A stretch of DNA of 64,000 nucleotides from assembly GCA_022510405.1 (NCBI GenBank), contig JAFLTP010000007.1, positions 1,343-65,342 on the forward strand, in the 5' to 3' direction. The translations under genes and the position numbers were made by a program. The stretch is from Muribaculaceae bacterium. Its GTDB lineage: Bacteria; Bacteroidota; Bacteroidia; Bacteroidales; Muribaculaceae. Of the stretch, positions 60,996 through 64,000 are shown in pieces; position 1 is the first letter of the stretch, and every line of letters starts with the position of its first letter. The notes below the pieces were generated by a model. The model saw only the letters and a program-made list of their open reading frames with translations, was not told the DNA's origin and searched no databases.

Positions 60996-61859
60996 ATGGA
61001 ATTAGGACTGAAGTATAATATAGATTTGGTGGAAGATGTCAGCAACATCTTGGCCCATGATTTTTGGGTATATTGTAATTTTGTAGGTTCAATGATACCG
61101 GAAATTTCAGATCCAATAAAGTTTACTTCATTTTGTTCCATCTTTGTGAAAGAAGGGGAGGGCAGAATTGAGATTGATTTGCTACCCTATGAATTTACAG
61201 GTCCTTGTATAGTAAATATCAAACAGGGACAAATAATTCAAAATGCACAAATCAACGGCGCATTTGATGCCTCATTCATAGTGTTATCTAAACGATTTTG
61301 CGACAATTTATTCGTAGTGCTTAAGGATTGCAGTTCCTATGGCACTGCATCGATCAATCAAGTAGTGAATGTGCCCGGAGAACTTGTGGAAAAATTTGAA
61401 AAATTTTATTATCATATAAGGGATATTTTTGCGGATTCTCAGAGTATCAATGCTTATCAAGCCATGGTATTGGCCATCGCATCCTTTTTCTATGAATGTG
61501 GAACCAAATGCTATCTTCCGGTATTGGATTCAAAACAAAAACCAATAGGAAGACTAACCGAGAAATTTTTGTCGCTTGTGCAACAATACTTCAAAAAAGA
61601 AAGATTTTTAGATTTTTATGCCTCGCAATTGGAAGTAAGCACCAAACACCTTTCAAGAACTGTTAAAGAAGCGACCGGTTTCAGTGCAGTTGACTGGATC
61701 GACAGATTTGTGATACTGGAGGCTAAAGTACTTTTGAAGTCAACAACAATGTCGATACAACAAATCTCAGATGAATTGAATTTCGCATCCCAGTCGTTCT
61801 TCGGTAAATATTTCAAGAAACATACCGGAAGTTCTCCAAAAGACTTCCGAAATACATAG
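60996..61859 (+). CDS. AraC-family transcriptional regulator
   Basis: 287 aa with a C-terminal double HTH (...YASQLEVSTKHLSRTVKEATGFSAVDWI......AK.LL..T..SIQQISDELNFASQSFFGKYFKKHTG.SP..FR). Confidence 0.9.
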   Translation: MELGLKYNIDLVEDVSNILAHDFWVYCNFVGSMIPEISDPIKFTSFCSIFVKEGEGRIEIDLLPYEFTGPCIVNIKQGQIIQNAQINGAFDASFIVLSKRFCDNLFVVLKDCSSYGTASINQVVNVPGELVEKFEKFYYHIRDIFADSQSINAYQAMVLAIASFFYECGTKCYLPVLDSKQKPIGRLTEKFLSLVQQYFKKERFLDFYASQLEVSTKHLSRTVKEATGFSAVDWIDRFVILEAKVLLKSTTMSIQQISDELNFASQSFFGKYFKKHTGSSPKDFRNT

Positions 61860-61896
61860 CATTAGTCCTTAAATTTATACATAAAGGTTAGGAGCA

Positions 61897-62787
61897 TTAA
61901 CGTGATTTTGACTGAATTTTTTCAGAAATAATAATCCCACCAATAATTAAGACACATCCCAGATAACCTAAGAAATATATTTTCTCATCGAGAATGAAGT
62001 AACCGGCTATCATAGTGACGAGAGGTTGCATATATAGATAATTATTGGCTTTAACGGCCCCCAAAACCTTCATAGCTTCATTCCACACCAGATATGCGAA
62101 GGCAGAACAAAAGAGACCCAAGAACAAGAAATTCAACATGTATTGCGGTTGTTGCATATCAAAAAGAAGCCAAAGTTTTAAAGGCTGATCTTGAATCAAT
62201 AATAGAGGAAAAGCCGTGATAACCCCATAAAAAAACAATTTTCGAGAAATAAAAAGAGAAGAATATATAGGAGTCAAGCTTTTAACTACAATAGAATATA
62301 TAGCCCAAGACAAAGCTGCACTTAGAGCAATCATATCTCCCAATGGATTAAACTCCAATTCTTGATCACCGCTGAAAATAATGCACGCCACTCCAATAAA
62401 GGCAATTATAGATCCTATTATAACATTCGGTTTAGGAATAAATCTATAGATGAAGGCCATAAGTGCCGTTATAAAAATAGGTGATATACTCACCAATAAA
62501 GATACATTTCCTGCAGAAGAAAGTTCCAGGGCATAGTTTTCTGCAATAAAATATATCGAACCGGCACACATGCCACAGATTAAGAAAAGGAATTCATCGT
62601 GAAGATTGTTGGCCCTTATTTTTTTGCATGTAAAGGCCAGAAGCAATATATAAGCAAAAACAAATCTATAAATAAAAACTTCCACGGGAGTGAATCCTCC
62701 ATTAACCATCAGGACTTTAGAACTGAGGAAGGAAGTACCCCACGCCACCATTACGAGGATAGCCCCTATGTTGGCAAAAATTTTCAC
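61897..62787 (-). CDS. EamA/DMT-family transporter
   Basis: 296 aa with ten TM segments and two EamA repeats. Uses a GTG start at 62787. Confidence 0.8.
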   Translation of the reverse strand: MKIFANIGAILVMVAWGTSFLSSKVLMVNGGFTPVEVFIYRFVFAYILLLAFTCKKIRANNLHDEFLFLICGMCAGSIYFIAENYALELSSAGNVSLLVSISPIFITALMAFIYRFIPKPNVIIGSIIAFIGVACIIFSGDQELEFNPLGDMIALSAALSWAIYSIVVKSLTPIYSSLFISRKLFFYGVITAFPLLLIQDQPLKLWLLFDMQQPQYMLNFLFLGLFCSAFAYLVWNEAMKVLGAVKANNYLYMQPLVTMIAGYFILDEKIYFLGYLGCVLIIGGIIISEKIQSKSR

Positions 62788-62811
62788 TATATCGACTTAA
62801 GGTTTGTATTG

Positions 62812-62819
62812 CAAATTTA
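62812..62819 (-). promoter_or_regulatory. -7 promoter box (TAAATTTG) for the EamA transporter gene
   Basis: The + strand caaattta, 25 nt upstream of the GTG start. Confidence 0.45.
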
Positions 62820-62847
62820 AAAAGAAAAGGGTGTGTTTCAAAATTTG

Positions 62848-62885
62848 CAAAAAAATAAAAAAGCAACCCTTCATATAAGAGTTGC
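62848..62885 (-). terminator. Rho-independent terminator of the rubredoxin gene
   Basis: The minus strand reads gcaactctt-atatg-aagggttgc (9-bp stem including one G-U pair) followed by TTTTTTATTTTTTT. Confidence 0.65.
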
Positions 62886-62914
62886 CTTTCCTAATTAATA
62901 TTCAAGACTTAAAC

Positions 62915-63073
62915 CTATTCAGGATTAAATTCACTTTTGGGTGCCTCACACACCGGGCAAACAAAAGAATCGGGTAAAGATTCAAAATCTATACCAGGTG
63001 CTATGTTATCATCAGGAACGCCAAGTTCAGGGTCATATATCCATCCACAGACACTACAAACATATTTTTTCAT
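62915..63073 (-). CDS. Rubredoxin
   Basis: Missing from the track because it is under 60 aa. My translation is [52 protein letters not shown]: two CxxC pairs (CSVC, CPVC) and the conserved W.YDP and G....F..LP..W/F.CP.C blocks. Confidence 0.92.
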   Translation of the reverse strand: MKKYVCSVCGWIYDPELGVPDDNIAPGIDFESLPDSFVCPVCEAPKSEFNPE

Positions 63074-63157
63074 AATTCAAGATTTTTGATTTCTTTCTAT
63101 TAAACATAAATAGTTGTAGAAAGGTTCAGGTTTTTTGGTAAATTCGCAGTCATAAAT

Positions 63158-63165
63158 TAAATTTG
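63158..63165 (+). promoter_or_regulatory. -7 promoter box (TAAATTTG) for the DUF1015 gene
   Basis: Perfect TAnnTTTG, 33 nt upstream of the ATG at 63198. Confidence 0.5.
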
Positions 63166-63197
63166 CAAATAAACTAAACCTTAAAAAATCTAATACA

Positions 63198-64000
63198 ATG
63201 GCTAAAGTAAAACCATTTAAAGGTGTAAGACCTCCCAAACATCTTGTGGAAGAAGTAGTTTCCCGTCCCTATGATGTTTTAAACAGTGAAGAGGCGAGGA
63301 AAGAGGCCGAAGGGAACGAAAAATCACTTTATAGAATAATCAAACCTGAAATAGATTTCGAGCACGGTACGGATGAGCATGATCCAAAAGTGTATGAAAG
63401 GGCAGCTCAAAATTTTCTTATGTTCCAAGATAAAGGATGGTTGGTTCAGGATGATAAAGACCATTATTATCTTTATTCCCAAACCATGAACGGCAGAACC
63501 CAATATGGTTTTGTTGTTGCAGCCTGGGTAGATGACTACATGGAGGGAAGAATCAAAAAACATGAACTCACCAGAAGGGACAAAGAGGAAGACCGTATGA
63601 AACACGTAAGGGTCAATAATGCAAACATTGAACCTGTGTTTTTTGCATTTCCTGATAATGATGCACTTGCTGAAATAATTGAAAAAGTATCTAAAGAAGA
63701 ACCTGAATATGATTTCATAGCACCGGATGGCTTCGGACACACGTTATGGAAAATAGGAGATGAACAGACGATAAAAACCATAACTGAAGAATTTGAAAAG
63801 ATTCCTAATCTATACATAGCAGATGGTCATCATAGATCGGCAGCCGCTGCATTAGTTGGTGCTGAGAAGGCTAAAAACAATCCTCATCATAAAGGCCATG
63901 AAGAATATAATTATTTCATGGCTGTGGCTTTTCCTGCTTCCCATCTAAATATTATAGACTACAACAGGGTTGTAAAAGATCTAAACGGATTAAGTCCGGA
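63198..64000 (+). CDS. DUF1015-family protein, N-terminal part; the ORF runs off the right edge
   Basis: Missing from the track because there is no stop in the window. The frame is open from the ATG at 63198: MAKVKPFKGVRPPKHLVEEVVSRPYDVLNSEEAR...YIADGHHRSAAAAL... These are family hallmarks. The - ORFs 63324..63740 and 63536..63817 are shadows of it. Confidence 0.8.
   Translation, partial: MAKVKPFKGVRPPKHLVEEVVSRPYDVLNSEEARKEAEGNEKSLYRIIKPEIDFEHGTDEHDPKVYERAAQNFLMFQDKGWLVQDDKDHYYLYSQTMNGRTQYGFVVAAWVDDYMEGRIKKHELTRRDKEEDRMKHVRVNNANIEPVFFAFPDNDALAEIIEKVSKEEPEYDFIAPDGFGHTLWKIGDEQTIKTITEEFEKIPNLYIADGHHRSAAAALVGAEKAKNNPHHKGHEEYNYFMAVAFPASHLNIIDYNRVVKDLNGLSP

Noticed and set aside
63324-63817. Minus-strand ORFs 63324..63740 and 63536..63817
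   Set aside because: They are antisense to the clearly recognisable DUF1015 ORF (ADGHHR motif) that runs to the window edge.

Overview
The window looks like a Bacteroidales (Bacteroidota) chromosome. The support is repeated TAnnTTTG -7 promoter boxes 20-60 nt upstream of start codons, no Shine-Dalgarno sequences, a UpxY antiterminator next to a tyrosine integrase, a FeoA-FeoB fusion, and the overall gene content. About 60 genes are present, nearly all core housekeeping, and those from 1 to 41 kb are almost all on the minus strand. In order they are: (1) a partial UpxY gene plus integrase at the left edge, probably the start of a capsule locus lying outside the window; (2) sodB; (3) a seven-gene thiamine operon (thiD-thiS-tenI/thiE-like-thiE-thiG-thiC-thiH) behind a clear TPP riboswitch with its own terminator; (4) ligA-truA-speA, ssb, an ArgC-like gene, a bifunctional nuclease and mnmA; (5) DoxX, a thioredoxin-like lipoprotein, a BadF-type kinase, crcB and an ECF sigma factor; (6) a BASS transporter, mtnN, dus, then metF-metH; (7) rlmH, a nitrilase and plsC; (8) the rod-shape cluster mreB-mreC-mreD-mrdA-rodA; (9) a TPR protein, gyrA, clpC, feoAB, an S9 peptidase, ygiQ and uvrB; (10) tpiA, a SPOR protein, folE, malQ and nrdJ; (11) a nitroreductase, an AraC regulator, an EamA transporter, rubredoxin and a partial DUF1015 gene. 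Three real ORFs are missing from the supplied track: UpxY at 1..421, rubredoxin at 62915..63073, and DUF1015 from 63198 to the right edge. Several track ORFs begin at TTG or GTG codons upstream of a better ATG. I found no convincing novel protein-coding system: no defence island, CRISPR array, toxin-antitoxin pair or prophage. The unexplained structure is all non-coding. First, a modular hairpin-repeat family fills the sodB-thiH spacer, brackets sodB, and has a second copy inside the thi operon. Second, long intercistronic spacers contain no G on the sense strand and sit directly in front of start codons. Third, a TKTAAAG heptamer microsatellite abuts the thi promoter. All functional readings of these elements are inference and need genome-wide and transcriptomic checks.
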